Of a DNA stretch of 64,000 nucleotides, positions 21,510 through 32,800 are shown in pieces. The notes under the pieces were generated by a model that made no database searches, was not told the origin of the DNA, and worked only from the letters and a program-made list of their open reading frames with translations. Each line of letters begins with the position of its first letter. Within the stretch, counting starts at the first letter, position 1. Both the position numbers and the translations under genes were made by a program. Source of the stretch: Trypanosoma brucei (taxonomy: Eukaryota); contig CP000067.1 of NCBI GenBank assembly GCA_000002445.1, forward strand, positions 1,344,001 to 1,408,000, in the 5' to 3' direction.

Positions 21510-21978
21510 GTGTAGTTGTACGAGTGATGCTCAGAGAAACAGTGCACTCCTGCAATATAAGAACGAGGGAAGAGCGTATATGTATGCCTATAGATAGTTT
21601 TCCTCCTGTACAGTGTGATCCTACGTGGGATGCCTTTTGGTCGGGCGCTGCACAGCGCTATAAGGATTCCAGTGGAGCTCCGACAGCGAGCGGGACGGCA
21701 GCGGCAGCGCGGTAGGCAATAATTAAAATTAAAAAGTGAGAAAGGGGAAGGGGAGACATGCAGCGATGGGGATGAGTAGCGTTACAAGTATCGAACAATG
21801 ACAGCCGAGCAACTGACAACATTTGTACAACACAAAAAAAAAATGAGAAAAAGGCAGGATCAATTATTATTTGCCGTACGTCTTTGTGTTCTCCGCATCA
21901 CCTTCACGTGCGCACGTGTGTGCGTTTGTGTGTGTATGCACGACGGAAGAAGTCAACCGAAATAGATATTCGTCGATA

Positions 21979-22497
21979 TCACCGCATTTCATTCGTTGTT
22001 TCACTCGGCATCTGCAGCGTAATCCCATCAAGTTCTTTGCTGAGCTTTACCTGGCACGCGAGCCGCGACGTCGGAGTCACCTGCGGCGCGAGGTCCAACA
22101 TGTCCATTTCATCCTCCGATGCCGCTGTCAGTTTCCCAAAGTCCTCTTCGCGAAGGATGACGTGACAAGTGCTACAGGCGCATGTCCCGTCGCAGGCGGC
22201 TTCAATGTCCACCCGAGCAACGTCACGAAGCGCCTCCATCAATGTTAAACCACTTGGGGCAGAGAATGTAATCTTTTCCCCCTCAGCGGTTGTCACATTG
22301 ACGCGGATTGCTCCTGGAGTTGAGGACCCATCGTTGCCACTGTTGCTGCTATCGTTATTTTGATTATTACCACCGCCTCCACTGTGACAAAAGCGGCCCA
22401 TAAAGGTTGTAAGTAACCCCTGACGCTGAAGGAAGCCCCGACCACATGATGTTCCTAAAGTGCCGAAAGTTGCGGAAAGCATACCCTTATGTAGCAC
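21979..22497 (-). CDS. [2Fe-2S] ferredoxin of the adrenodoxin type, mitochondrial (Fe-S cluster biogenesis electron carrier).
   Basis: The Cys ligand pattern is ACDGTCACSTCHV...LACQV. The N-terminal region looks like a mitochondrial presequence, followed by a low-complexity N/S/G linker. Confidence 0.8.
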   Translation of the reverse strand: MLHKGMLSATFGTLGTSCGRGFLQRQGLLTTFMGRFCHSGGGGNNQNNDSSNSGNDGSSTPGAIRVNVTTAEGEKITFSAPSGLTLMEALRDVARVDIEAACDGTCACSTCHVILREEDFGKLTAASEDEMDMLDLAPQVTPTSRLACQVKLSKELDGITLQMPSETTNEMR

Positions 22498-22572
22498 TGT
22501 GGTGGGTCACAGCGCAGTTGTGTACAAACTGCATTGGTGTTAATTGTCGCAAAAGAACGAGATTAAAGTTTT

Positions 22573-22612
22573 AAAAAGAGAAACGCAAGACAAAAAAAAA
22601 AAAGAGGTGAAC
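22573..22612 (-). promoter_or_regulatory. Putative polypyrimidine tract (minus-strand sense) directing SL trans-splicing of the ferredoxin mRNA and polyadenylation of the upstream gene.
   Basis: A purine-only run on the plus strand (aaaaagagaaacgcaagacaaaaaaaaaaaagaggtgaacg) lies about 80-110 nt upstream of the ferredoxin start on the minus strand. The kinetoplastid trans-splicing model is assumed. Confidence 0.35.
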
Positions 22613-23304
22613 GCACAGCAAAATTACACTGACAAAGCCATGTAACCACAAAATGCAGTTGGAGGCTTCCGCAGTTGCAGGGTCACGAATATCGTGGAGA
22701 AGACGTTCTCGCAAACGAATGCATTTGAAATTCTCTACAAATGCGCCCCATTAATCCCCTCATGTCCCTTCACGAGCCTAAACATCCTCTGTGGACCAAT
22801 CTCCACCCGTTTCACCACCCCAAACGTAATATAATGCTAAAATTCCTTTACTTGAAAATAACAACAACCAGAAAATAAATACCCCCCGTCGTATGCGGTG
22901 CATCAATATGTAGAACAGACTTCCACACGTCGAATTGACGCCCCTCTCACCTTGCAACCGCGGCGGGGTGAGTCAGGCATCTCCTCCATTCTTAAACAAA
23001 AAGAAAAAAAATAACAATCGAACGAACAAAACAACACCTAACAAACTTTTTCCAATCGCTTGCCGAGTATCAAACCACAATTGTGGCAAGGGGTTGCTCA
23101 CTCCTACGCACGGATCTTAAAGTGACAGTCGCATATATTTCCCTACCCTTTTCCTTCAATTCCGATAGTTAAAGTAAATAAGCGAATAAGTGGACAAGAA
23201 CCCAGTCACAACCAGTGAGAACTGCATTGCTCCCTCTTGCTTTGATTTGATTCCTCCCATAGCATCACATCCTCTCCCCCATTTTTTTAAAAGTCCCGTT
23301 GACG

Positions 23305-23520
23305 TTACACCAACGTTGGCCACAGCTTTGGGTCAACGCACACATCGACGCAATGAACTATATCAAAGTATTGGTGGTAGCAGTGGGGCTCCTTTTCTGA
23401 AGGGATATCCTTGATGCGCTCGAGGCAGGCATTGTAGGCGAGCACTTTATGTTGGCAGTTGTTCGCCAGGCAGTCCTTTTCAAGATCAAGTTTAATGTCG
23501 CGTGGTTCCTCGTCGGCCAT
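23305..23520 (-). CDS. Ubiquinol-cytochrome c reductase hinge protein (QCR6/UQCRH-like), 71 aa.
   Basis: An internal Met (MADEEPRD...) sits at 23518-23520 within the ORF 23305..23664. The motif CxxxC...CYHQYFDIVHCVDVCVDPKLW matches the hinge-protein pattern (E.F.FLHARDHCVAHKLF). The upstream part of the long ORF translates a CT-rich UTR. Confidence 0.6.
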   Translation of the reverse strand: MADEEPRDIKLDLEKDCLANNCQHKVLAYNACLERIKDIPSEKEPHCYHQYFDIVHCVDVCVDPKLWPTLV

Positions 23521-23937
23521 AAAAGACTTCTTTTTTTTTTTTGCACTGTGTTTCGTATGTTTATGGGTGTGACTGCTTGGCTTTGCTTCGGGGGGTGTAG
23601 GGAAAGTAGCGAGGTGGGTAAAGGCAAACAGTAGGTATAAGAGTAGCACTGTGGTGAGAAACAATAGAAGAAGAAGAGGGACGGGAGCAAAATGTCCCTC
23701 TACAACTGCATCTCTGCATTGGAGAACCTTTTTTTAGTTGCAACATCACCAAAGTAAAAAGGTGGAAACGGTATGGGGAGCGTCATGCAGTGCAAAATCG
23801 CAACGCTGGAAGAAATTCCTCGAATACATAACTTCAACACACAACATCTAACGAAATGGGAGTTATTCTATAATATACCATATTGGTGATGTCGACAAGA
23901 GGTAGAACAAAGCAAACGACAACTCCGGTTCCAACCA

Positions 23938-26517
23938 TTACATGATGCAGCACGGTCCTGAGTATTTTTCTCTAGCAGCCTCATGCTTTTCTTCCTCCAC
24001 AGCCCTCGCATGGTCTCGCCTTTTCTTCTTTGCTGCTGCAATGGTTCGCTCACTCTCCTCGAGCAGCTTTCCAATCGGAGCACGAGATATGCGCAGCCGC
24101 ACTAACCCATCACTAAGTGGTCCACCGCTTAACTGAAACCACCGGTCCTGCGCCGGGGTGGCGGACATAAGACTCGCCGGCTGCGTTGCATTTGGCACGA
24201 ACAGATCAGGTTGCGGGTTCTGTGACCACAACTCGTTAATATCCATAAGGTCAATGTCCACGTAGCCGAAGGCGGCGCGCTCGTATATAACCACACGGAT
24301 ACGATCAAATTCCCGTACGAAGAGTAACGCGGCCGTGGCTGGGTTGCTTTCGTCCCACTGCATGTTCTGCCTGTGCATTAAGTATGGTGTGCGGAAGGTT
24401 GGTTGGTCGTATACGGTTAGTGAGCGCTTCTCCGTAAAGGGTGTCTTTTCGCATACCCACACCTCACCGTGGCACTTGAATACGTGTGGCAGCTCCGGTT
24501 GCAGATGCCGCACCTCAAGAAACTGCACCCTCACGGCGTGGTAGGAAAGCACTCCACTGGAAGCTCGTACCTGATCCCACATAGAAGTCTGTGTGTTTAG
24601 CTGCGGTTGGAAGGTTTGCAGTCGTAGTGGGTTATTAATATTCTGATCCGCACTACTTCGAGTTGCTAAATTGCTGCTAGGCTTGTTCCGACAGTACTTT
24701 GCTATGCAGCGCATATACGGCATCATTTCCACAAACCCTTTTGCATTGCTGATGGGAACGTACTCGTGAATGGGGAGATACTGAAACACGGAAACAACAG
24801 TATCGCTTTCTGGAAGCGGATCAGCACCCGCTGCATTCCCGTCCTCCTCTTCCGTTGCTACTTGAGCGTCGGAGTCACGTGGAGATCCGCTCGAATTTCG
24901 CCGTTCCACTTCCCCCAACTCCCCTTCAGGCTTCTGAGCACAAGCCTCCGGGTAGAGTTCCCTAAGCGGAGCTTCTGCAGTTTTGACCATCATGCCGAGC
25001 ACCAGCGCACGCACGGGAAACATCTTACCGTCGGCTCCCTTGTAGGTGTGTAAGAGGCGTGAGGACAACTCACTAACCTTTGGAAGGTTGTCCGCTGACT
25101 TGGAGCCTTGCAGCTGCGCTTCCTTCAACCTTTTTCTTTCCTCATCTGCCCGCTTTATTTCCTCATGAACATTCCAGCGGTCTACTTCAATGGCGTTCGG
25201 CCATGCTGCCGTGCGATTCTGCAGCCGCATGTAGAACTTAGGCACATCCATAATGCTCCTTGTGCTACGGCCGCCCTCTACGTAACACACACCGAATATA
25301 ATTGTGTGCACCTCCAACGGGAGGCGGTACGTGACTAGGTCAATAAATTCTTCATCGCCCACGGCACTATATCCATTAATCGCATCCCCCGAATGACGTG
25401 CGGTGTGTGGGAATCTCGATTGTAGCTTAACCGGTTTTGGGTTAATGTGGTCTACGTAATTATTCTTTTCGTCTAAAAACACCATGAAGGAATCTAAATC
25501 GTGATCACCACCCCAACCAACCCCGAACCGCACATCCGAGAGCGGCTGCCGCGACGCCCCGTATGAATCCTTTGATAATGAGTAGTCTGGAAGTTGCCAG
25601 ACCGCATTAGTGCGGGAGTTCACCTCCACTCCAAGGACGTCCATCATGGTGGGTAGCGTGTCTACAAAAGTGTAACCAAACGTCCGGATGTTCAGCTCTC
25701 GCAAGTCCCATAACTGACGAGAACCCCCGTCCATTGTTATTGTTCCATTGGCACTTCCAGGTGCTGTGCTACCGCTGAGCCTCGTAGGAACGCGGCAGAG
25801 CATGCACGCCAAGTTTGCCGTGCCATTTCCAGTGGCGTGCTTCAGATCAATTGTCCCCACCTGCTCATTTGTCATTTCATTCACCACAACAAGCTTGACA
25901 GTGGGTAGTACAGAAAAGTCAGCTCCGGTGTAGCTGGTCACAACGAGAAATATGACCGCCGCCTCGGACGGTATCTTGTGCATCACGAACGTTACAGACT
26001 CGTCGCACATCTCGCGAGAATTTTCGCTACGAAACGCTCGTCCATCTTCATCAAATATGTGACCTCCGCCACGCTTGTCATTCAGCACCTCCTCAACCAT
26101 CTCTAGCTCCGATTCGTTGTAGATGCGGGAGAAAATAGATTCAATGACTCCAAACCGCTTCAGCTCGTCGTCTCTTCCGCCCCGCATTTGGAGAGCACGG
26201 CGGCGAGCAGCGAGTGCAAGTCCTGGTAGACGGTTCTCTTCTTCGCCTCCAATACGACTGTCGCCACTGATAAACATATAAGGCAGTTGCTGCGGGTCAA
26301 CGAGGAAGCCGCAGTCTCGTAGCGCCTCCTCATCGGTGCCGACTGGAAAAGGATGATTGAAGAAGACCACATCAAGCAGGACTCCCTCACTGCTAAAAGC
26401 TACAGCACTCAGATCAAGGTCCACGGGGTCCGCGCCGACGAAATCCCAGTGGAGACCAACGGAGACGGCGATATTTCCAGGAATGCGAAATAACTTTTGC
26501 CGCAACTGGGCTGACAT
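23938..26517 (-). CDS. Protein with two TerD-like domains (tellurite-resistance/CAP-family fold) plus a long C-terminal region ending in a CaaX prenylation box (CCIM).
   Basis: TerD-like segment 1 is HWDFVGADPVDLDLSAVAFSSEGVLLDVVFFNH...ISGDSRIGGEEEN. Segment 2 is RFGVGWGGDHDLDSFMVFLDEKNNYVDHINPKPVK. The last four residues are C-C-I-M. Confidence 0.6.
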   Translation of the reverse strand: MSAQLRQKLFRIPGNIAVSVGLHWDFVGADPVDLDLSAVAFSSEGVLLDVVFFNHPFPVGTDEEALRDCGFLVDPQQLPYMFISGDSRIGGEEENRLPGLALAARRRALQMRGGRDDELKRFGVIESIFSRIYNESELEMVEEVLNDKRGGGHIFDEDGRAFRSENSREMCDESVTFVMHKIPSEAAVIFLVVTSYTGADFSVLPTVKLVVVNEMTNEQVGTIDLKHATGNGTANLACMLCRVPTRLSGSTAPGSANGTITMDGGSRQLWDLRELNIRTFGYTFVDTLPTMMDVLGVEVNSRTNAVWQLPDYSLSKDSYGASRQPLSDVRFGVGWGGDHDLDSFMVFLDEKNNYVDHINPKPVKLQSRFPHTARHSGDAINGYSAVGDEEFIDLVTYRLPLEVHTIIFGVCYVEGGRSTRSIMDVPKFYMRLQNRTAAWPNAIEVDRWNVHEEIKRADEERKRLKEAQLQGSKSADNLPKVSELSSRLLHTYKGADGKMFPVRALVLGMMVKTAEAPLRELYPEACAQKPEGELGEVERRNSSGSPRDSDAQVATEEEDGNAAGADPLPESDTVVSVFQYLPIHEYVPISNAKGFVEMMPYMRCIAKYCRNKPSSNLATRSSADQNINNPLRLQTFQPQLNTQTSMWDQVRASSGVLSYHAVRVQFLEVRHLQPELPHVFKCHGEVWVCEKTPFTEKRSLTVYDQPTFRTPYLMHRQNMQWDESNPATAALLFVREFDRIRVVIYERAAFGYVDIDLMDINELWSQNPQPDLFVPNATQPASLMSATPAQDRWFQLSGGPLSDGLVRLRISRAPIGKLLEESERTIAAAKKKRRDHARAVEEEKHEAAREKYSGPCCIM

Positions 26518-26943
26518 CTTCTCCTCTCCTTCCGGCTTGCACTATATAAGGTAGTAAATTCTCTATATATATACGACCGACTGCACCTGTAAGCGTGTAT
26601 TTGTTTTGCAGCTTCTACTTATCACTTCGCCTCCTGTCTTACCTGCACCAAGCACACACTGCGTAAGTACAAGGCGGGGACTATGTAGGAATATATAAAC
26701 CACTGCCACCTCTTCCTATACGAACGGATGTTGTGTGCGCGTGCGAAGGCGCTGCCCTTTACTAACCTTTTTCCTTCTTCCTGGTATATGATTCTTCACC
26801 TAGAGTTTTCTCCCTCCAGCTGCCACTGACGGCAGAGGTGTTTCCTAACAGATGCAAAAGTACTAAATATAAGCAAGGCAAAAGAATCACAGTGGTGGCG
26901 AGAGAAGTGGACGTGGTTAGCAGGTACGACACCCAATAGGCAA

Positions 26944-26967
26944 ATATATATATATATATATATATAT
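26944..26967. repeat. (TA)n microsatellite.
   Basis: Read directly from the sequence. Confidence 0.9.
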
Positions 26968-28028
26968 GGGTATGCAGCGGGGACTGCTTTGATAGCTCGA
27001 AGTGCCGGTAAGTATGAATCAGACAAGTGAAAACAGGAAAGCAAGAAAGGATTCGGTTTATGAAAAGCATGTAAAAATAAAATAAAAGAACAAAAATACC
27101 CCAAAGCATGTCAAACAAAGAAAAAGGTAACATTTGTATGCGATTGTGGGAAAAATGAAGAAATCCCACAGCAGAACCTCCTCTTGCTTCCTAACTCCCC
27201 TTCTTTCCTTCCTCCATCCACTTCGCTCACTTTCCTTCTACGGTTCAATCTTGACATCCGTTGCTATCATAAATCCTTCCTCCTCACCATTGCCACTCTT
27301 CCACTCCTCTTGTATCTTCTTTTCCCTTACAGTAGTCCTGCCGGTGGAGACAGTGAGGTAAATGTCTCCATGCATGAAAGCCATCCGGTTTTCATTTCCC
27401 CATTCCCTGCAGCCCACAAACTCAAGCGTTGTCATTTTTAGGTGCAGGGCCGCTTGCCACCAGACCCCGGGTAGAAAAAAACAACAACAAAGAACCAGAC
27501 GGTATATGGAGGGACAACGGAACCGAGAGAAGGACCACAGCAGCAGCAGTAGGCAAAACTGCGCATTCCCTCCATCCTTTGATAAATCAAAGTCCAGGGA
27601 GGTTGTCGCGCCTCTGAATTGCATGACCCACTTGGCGCTTTGGAAACCCATTGGACTGCCCCTTCCTTCTTTTTTTTTTTTTAGAATTCTTCGTCACCCT
27701 TCTCCTCAAATGCGCTTCCTGTACTTCTCTCCCTTCTACATACCACGTCCTTATGAGCACACCTCTTTTCCCTCCTTTCGGAAACCCTGGTAGCTTTTTT
27801 CCCTCCCTGTGGAAATTCTCTTTCCCCATTTGATACCTTTCATTCCCCCTTTCTCTGTTTTACTGAAGTCTTATGGGTTTAAATGTCACAAGGCAATATA
27901 TCAAGCAACCACACAAAACACGGAGAGACATCGCCCTTCACAAACTCCTCTGAACAAGCCGTGACCACATAAACGGTTGAAAGAACTATACTTTCACTTA
28001 CATGTTAATGAAGGACGTGTGTTGAGCT

Positions 28029-29216
28029 CTACAAGTCTGACTTATCCTCCTTCTTCTTTTTGTCCTCTTCCCCGTCGGTTTCCTTCTTGTCTTCCTCCTT
28101 TTCGTCTTGTTCTTCCTTCTTCTCGAAGGCTGCGAGGGCATCCTCTTCTGCTTTCTTCATGCCATCATAAGTGCTCTTCACAATGTCCAGCACCTCCTTC
28201 ACATCATCGCCGATGATAATGTCCTTGAAGATACTGCCGGATTCCACTTGCCACACGTCAATGCCAACATGTGTGAGAGGCTCAGGAATTTTGTAAAGTT
28301 CCTCATCATTCTTATACGCTGGATTGGGGATCCTGCGTGGCGCCCATGGACCCTTGTAAGCCGGGTTCGGGATCTTACGGGGTGCCCACGGGCCCTTCGA
28401 CTTTGGGTTTGATATCATAGGGGCCTCCCATGCACCGTCCTCAGCATCGTTCCAGTCTTCTGGTTTCTTCGCCTCGGGGTCGACAATTTTTTCCGGTTCG
28501 CTGTCCCAGTCCTCCGGCTTTTTGTCTTCTGGGTCGTCGATGGTTGGCACGTCCACCCAGTCGGCGGGTTTCTTGTCTTCGGGGTCATCAATTTCTTTTT
28601 CGGGGAGGAAATCCCAATCAGCCTCCAGGGTTCCCTTTTCTTTCGAAACGCCGTCAAGGAAGAACTCGTACGAATTACTGGGGGTGATGTGCAGCGTGTA
28701 GACATGGGTTAGTCTGTCATCAGGGTAGCTTGGGCGCTTCTTCCACTCTCTGTTTGCGCCGTTGTAGCTGATGATGATGTGAATCTTCTTGTCGTATCCG
28801 CAGCGGTCAGGTCCGAACATGAGCCAATACTTCGTTTCCCCCTTGAGCTCAGCTGGATCCATCTGTGGAAGGAGCTTAATGTACCCGCCGCCGCACCGGA
28901 GGTCCTGCTCATGTTTCACAGAGAAAGAAACAACGAAGTCTTTCTTCTCGTTTGTGATGGGAGTGGGGAGTGGTGTGGAGAGAGCATAGAAGCGAGCATC
29001 TTCCGTAAGTCGAAGGCCCTTGCTCTTCTCCGCATCCGCGTAGAACTTGCCGGCAGACAGCTCCACTTTGCCGTAATCACTGCGTGCCTTTGAGGCTGTC
29101 CAGTGGTCAATGCTGCTGAACTTCTCATGGAAATGGATGGCGCCGTGAACAGTTGCCACCGTTGCAAGAGCCACGAAGACACAGGCGACCGCTACTGGGC
29201 GCATGCACATTAGCAT
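28029..29216 (-). CDS. CRT: Calreticulin (ER lectin chaperone) with signal peptide, N-domain, P-domain proline-rich repeats, an acidic C-domain and a C-terminal xxDL retention-like tail.
   Basis: Signal peptide MLMCMRPVAVACVFVALATVATVHG. Calreticulin family motifs KHEQDLRCGGGYIKL and IMFGPDRCG are present. The repeated P-domain modules read PDDWD/PEDWD...KPEDW. The K/E/D-rich tail ends ...KSDL. Confidence 0.9.
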   Translation of the reverse strand: MLMCMRPVAVACVFVALATVATVHGAIHFHEKFSSIDHWTASKARSDYGKVELSAGKFYADAEKSKGLRLTEDARFYALSTPLPTPITNEKKDFVVSFSVKHEQDLRCGGGYIKLLPQMDPAELKGETKYWLMFGPDRCGYDKKIHIIISYNGANREWKKRPSYPDDRLTHVYTLHITPSNSYEFFLDGVSKEKGTLEADWDFLPEKEIDDPEDKKPADWVDVPTIDDPEDKKPEDWDSEPEKIVDPEAKKPEDWNDAEDGAWEAPMISNPKSKGPWAPRKIPNPAYKGPWAPRRIPNPAYKNDEELYKIPEPLTHVGIDVWQVESGSIFKDIIIGDDVKEVLDIVKSTYDGMKKAEEDALAAFEKKEEQDEKEEDKKETDGEEDKKKKEDKSDL

Positions 29217-29828
29217 TATTATCAGATGCCTTTGTTTTGACTTATATTGAATTTATTCAAGTCTTATATTAAAATCTTTTTTAAATCGCTGGTTACTCCT
29301 TGAAATGTTTTGCGTCAAAAAGAGTCTTATTTTAGATAAAATATGGTGAGAAATAGTGATATTTGCTGCGCATGCCCTTACAACGTCGACGATTAGTCAT
29401 CTGAAGTGACTGCATCCATGTTGAACACAGTAAAGAAGAGATTGTTGACACGAATGGCAGAATGACCGTATCGACATGTGCCCTCCTTCTCCACATCCAA
29501 AACGGCTAAACTTTAGGTTGTGCAGGGAAACTGCCATTCTCTTTCACCGTTTTTATTTTTTGAGTTCCACCCTTGCCCGCCCCATTGGGTGTATAGCTCT
29601 CAACAAGCAAACATACACAACATCTCGAAAGCTTCCCGACCACAAATAATCCTCTCCTTTCCTCTGTAGGGTCTCCAAGAAAACGCTGATATCCTCTGCA
29701 CCTTCGTTCCCACCTTTTCTGCTTCCACTCAACTGCACGCTGGCACTTAGCAGTTTAGCGCTGCTTACAGAATACACACCAAACAGGTTGACAAGGTTTG
29801 ACCTTCCCACCTCACTAATTTCCTTTCG

Positions 29829-32800
29829 TTACTGTTCTTCCTCTTCCTCGTCCCCAAACTCTGCGGCTGTCGGCGGTGCCACCTGCTGGGGTGTCTTTGC
29901 AGTGGGCATATAATTCGTGGAGAGGTCATCTTCCTCATCCTGTTCCCTTCCCCCGCCAGCCTCCCGCCACATGACATTTGAGTCACTACGATGTGTGGAT
30001 GGCTCATCACCTCGTATAGCGTAACCCGCGTGGGTGGGTGAGAGTGTCGGAACGTAGAGAGCTGACTGGGACCGCGAGTCCTCGCTGTGCGACCGGCCGA
30101 CTTCTGTGCTGGCGTATACCTGCGACGGTGGGGCAGCACTGGACATGGCATGGGGCGTGTACGGTACTGAAACACTACCGATACCTTGCATGGTCATAGA
30201 GTTGTCGGTTCTTGGTAGTGAAGCTTGCATGGAAGTTGGCGCCACGCTGTGTTGCAGGTGGTAAGAAGAGGCTTCACTGTATTCGGAATAACTGTGTGCC
30301 ACTGACGACATCCGCGTTGAAACTGGGTTGAACGCGCTGGCGGAAGACATAACGCTGTACATTTGTGAGGCGCTTGCTTCCCGCCCTCCGTATTCCAAAG
30401 CGGGGGATGTAGAATAAGCTTGACTCCTGTGCACTGCGCTCGCTTCGAGCCGACCGCCGTGGTACGTCGTCGAAGGGTTGTATGGGGCCGAGGCCGTTAC
30501 TGGTGCGGAGGAGGACCCCCCACCGAAACCCTGGCGGAGAAACAGACTGGCATTGTTTACAAACGGTGTTGCATCATGATCTCTTGGTCGGTACGCAATG
30601 GAGGATTGGATATTTTGCTGCAGCGTGGACCCGAGACTGTGATACACATTTACATCCTTTCCGGGTGCAACCGCTTCTGCCTGCGGTACAGCCTGCTGCA
30701 GCGCTGCCATGTTGAGAACAAGATCGAAAAGCCCCGTACCAACGCGCGCTTGGTTACCGAGCACAAGATTTGCTGATACCCCACGCACGGGATCGCACTC
30801 GCCAAAAGATGCAGCCGCCATAAGCACCTTAACAGTTTCTTCAAATGAACAGCGCATCAACGGACCCGACGTATCGGAGCGGTTGATTCCTGAGCGAGAA
30901 ACAGCCATCAGGTACCCATGCTGACATATCGTATCCACCAGTATAGTATAGTGGCGGTAGTTAATATTGAGACCATAGGCCAGGTAAGCCTCACGAAGTT
31001 CCGTCAACATCTTTGATCTCGCCGCCTCAATACCAAGAAGACTACATACCTCAGGCACTTTGTTGCTACTCGTTTTCACCGCATTAATAATGTTCTTACC
31101 ATCCTCACCTACGACACCAATAAAAGCACGTCGCAATGCCGTGCCGTCCGTGTCTATTGCCCATATTTTGTTGCCACTCATTTTCCCCGTTGCCTGATCT
31201 ACAGTGAATTCGGTGGTGTCCTTCAGCAGCGCCCGACGCACACCGGGAATACCACGCAAGTGAACCCGCGCAAGAAGGGCTGGGATTTCACGCTTAAGCT
31301 TTGGGATCGAGTCAGCTCCTTCGTTATATCTGGACCGCATTCTTATGGTCCGCTGGCGCACATTGTTAGCCATTCCCGTTTCAATTATGTAGCTTTCATC
31401 CACTCGCAGGATAGCTTGCTTCACATCCTTCATATCGAGGGCCTTGTCGGTGACCATATCCACGTCGAGCTCCAACCTCACCACCCATGGCGAACCTGCT
31501 ACTACCTCCTGTATTCTTAGCTCTGCATCGCTTTCATCCATAACATTCCACTCTAGTTCTAGGATGTCACGATCAGCCTCCACAACGGTGTGACGTGGGT
31601 CAGGGTCGTAGATGAACTGTATGCGCCTTGTGATACTCTCCAGCGTGCAGTATTCAATGAGATGCTGGGCCTTTTGCGCATTTCGCTTTTCATCATATGG
31701 TGGAAACAGAGACACTGTCATGCTCGCGTGCTTTTGGTTTCGTGAGACGTTTAGAAGCTCCAGTAAACGTGGCACACCGAGGGTAACGTTCTTTGAGGAA
31801 ATTCCCGCATTGTGGAACGTGTTAAGTGTCATTTGTGTGGCAGGTTCACCACACGACTGCGCAGCGATTGCCCCAATGTTCTCACCCGGTGTGGTGAGTG
31901 ACTGGTGGTACTTGGTTCTAATTTCCTTGAGAAGATACTCAAAAGCCCTATCGTTAAGTTTATATTCCTTCAGCACCCTTTTTGACGCAAGTAGCTGCCT
32001 CAAATGAACGTTGAAGAGAGTAAGCGCACTTTCAATGCGCTCACGACTCAGCGTATTCCTGATGTATCCATCCCCTCCCCGGTGGTAAGATGGAAAGAGT
32101 TTCATGAGATCTTCTTGAAGCTTCCGCACGTGGTCGATAATAGTGATGGGGCTCAGGTTGGACACTTGACTACGTTTGCCCATAGTACTGCGCGCGTTTT
32201 GGATAAGTCGACCTGGATTAACAGGGAGGTTAAGCTTCAGTTTATCACGATCCTCGAGGTCAAGCATTTTGCGTGACCACTCGCGGTCCGCCGTAAGCTG
32301 TTCATATTCTTCCTGAAGTTTCCGAACATTTTGGGGATCAGCGCGTAGCATCTTCCTAACGTGGGGATCCATATAGTTACCACCAACCTTCCCACTGAAG
32401 GTGCCATCCACGTCGTACTCATATTTGTACGTGTCTTCCATCTCCTTATCGTCCCGAAAGGGAAGAGGGAACAGCTGCCCACCCTCTATACGGGCCCCGT
32501 CAAGACCGTCTTCACCGTACATAAACTGAATTAGTTCATCGTTTGCATTTCGCACAGTACCGTCGTAGGCTGCGTGGACATCTTCTAGCGCCTTGATAAG
32601 CTTACGCTGCAGGTAGCCTGTATCAGAGGTTTTCACCGCAGTATCGATCAAACCCTCACGACCAGCCATGGTGTGGAAAAAAAACTCGTGCGGTTTCAGA
32701 CCCTCAACGTAACCACGGTTTGCCATGCCGCGTGACGTCTCACCATAATCGTCAAGCATAAAGTGTGGAAGCGTGCGCCTACGAAAACCGAATGGAATAC

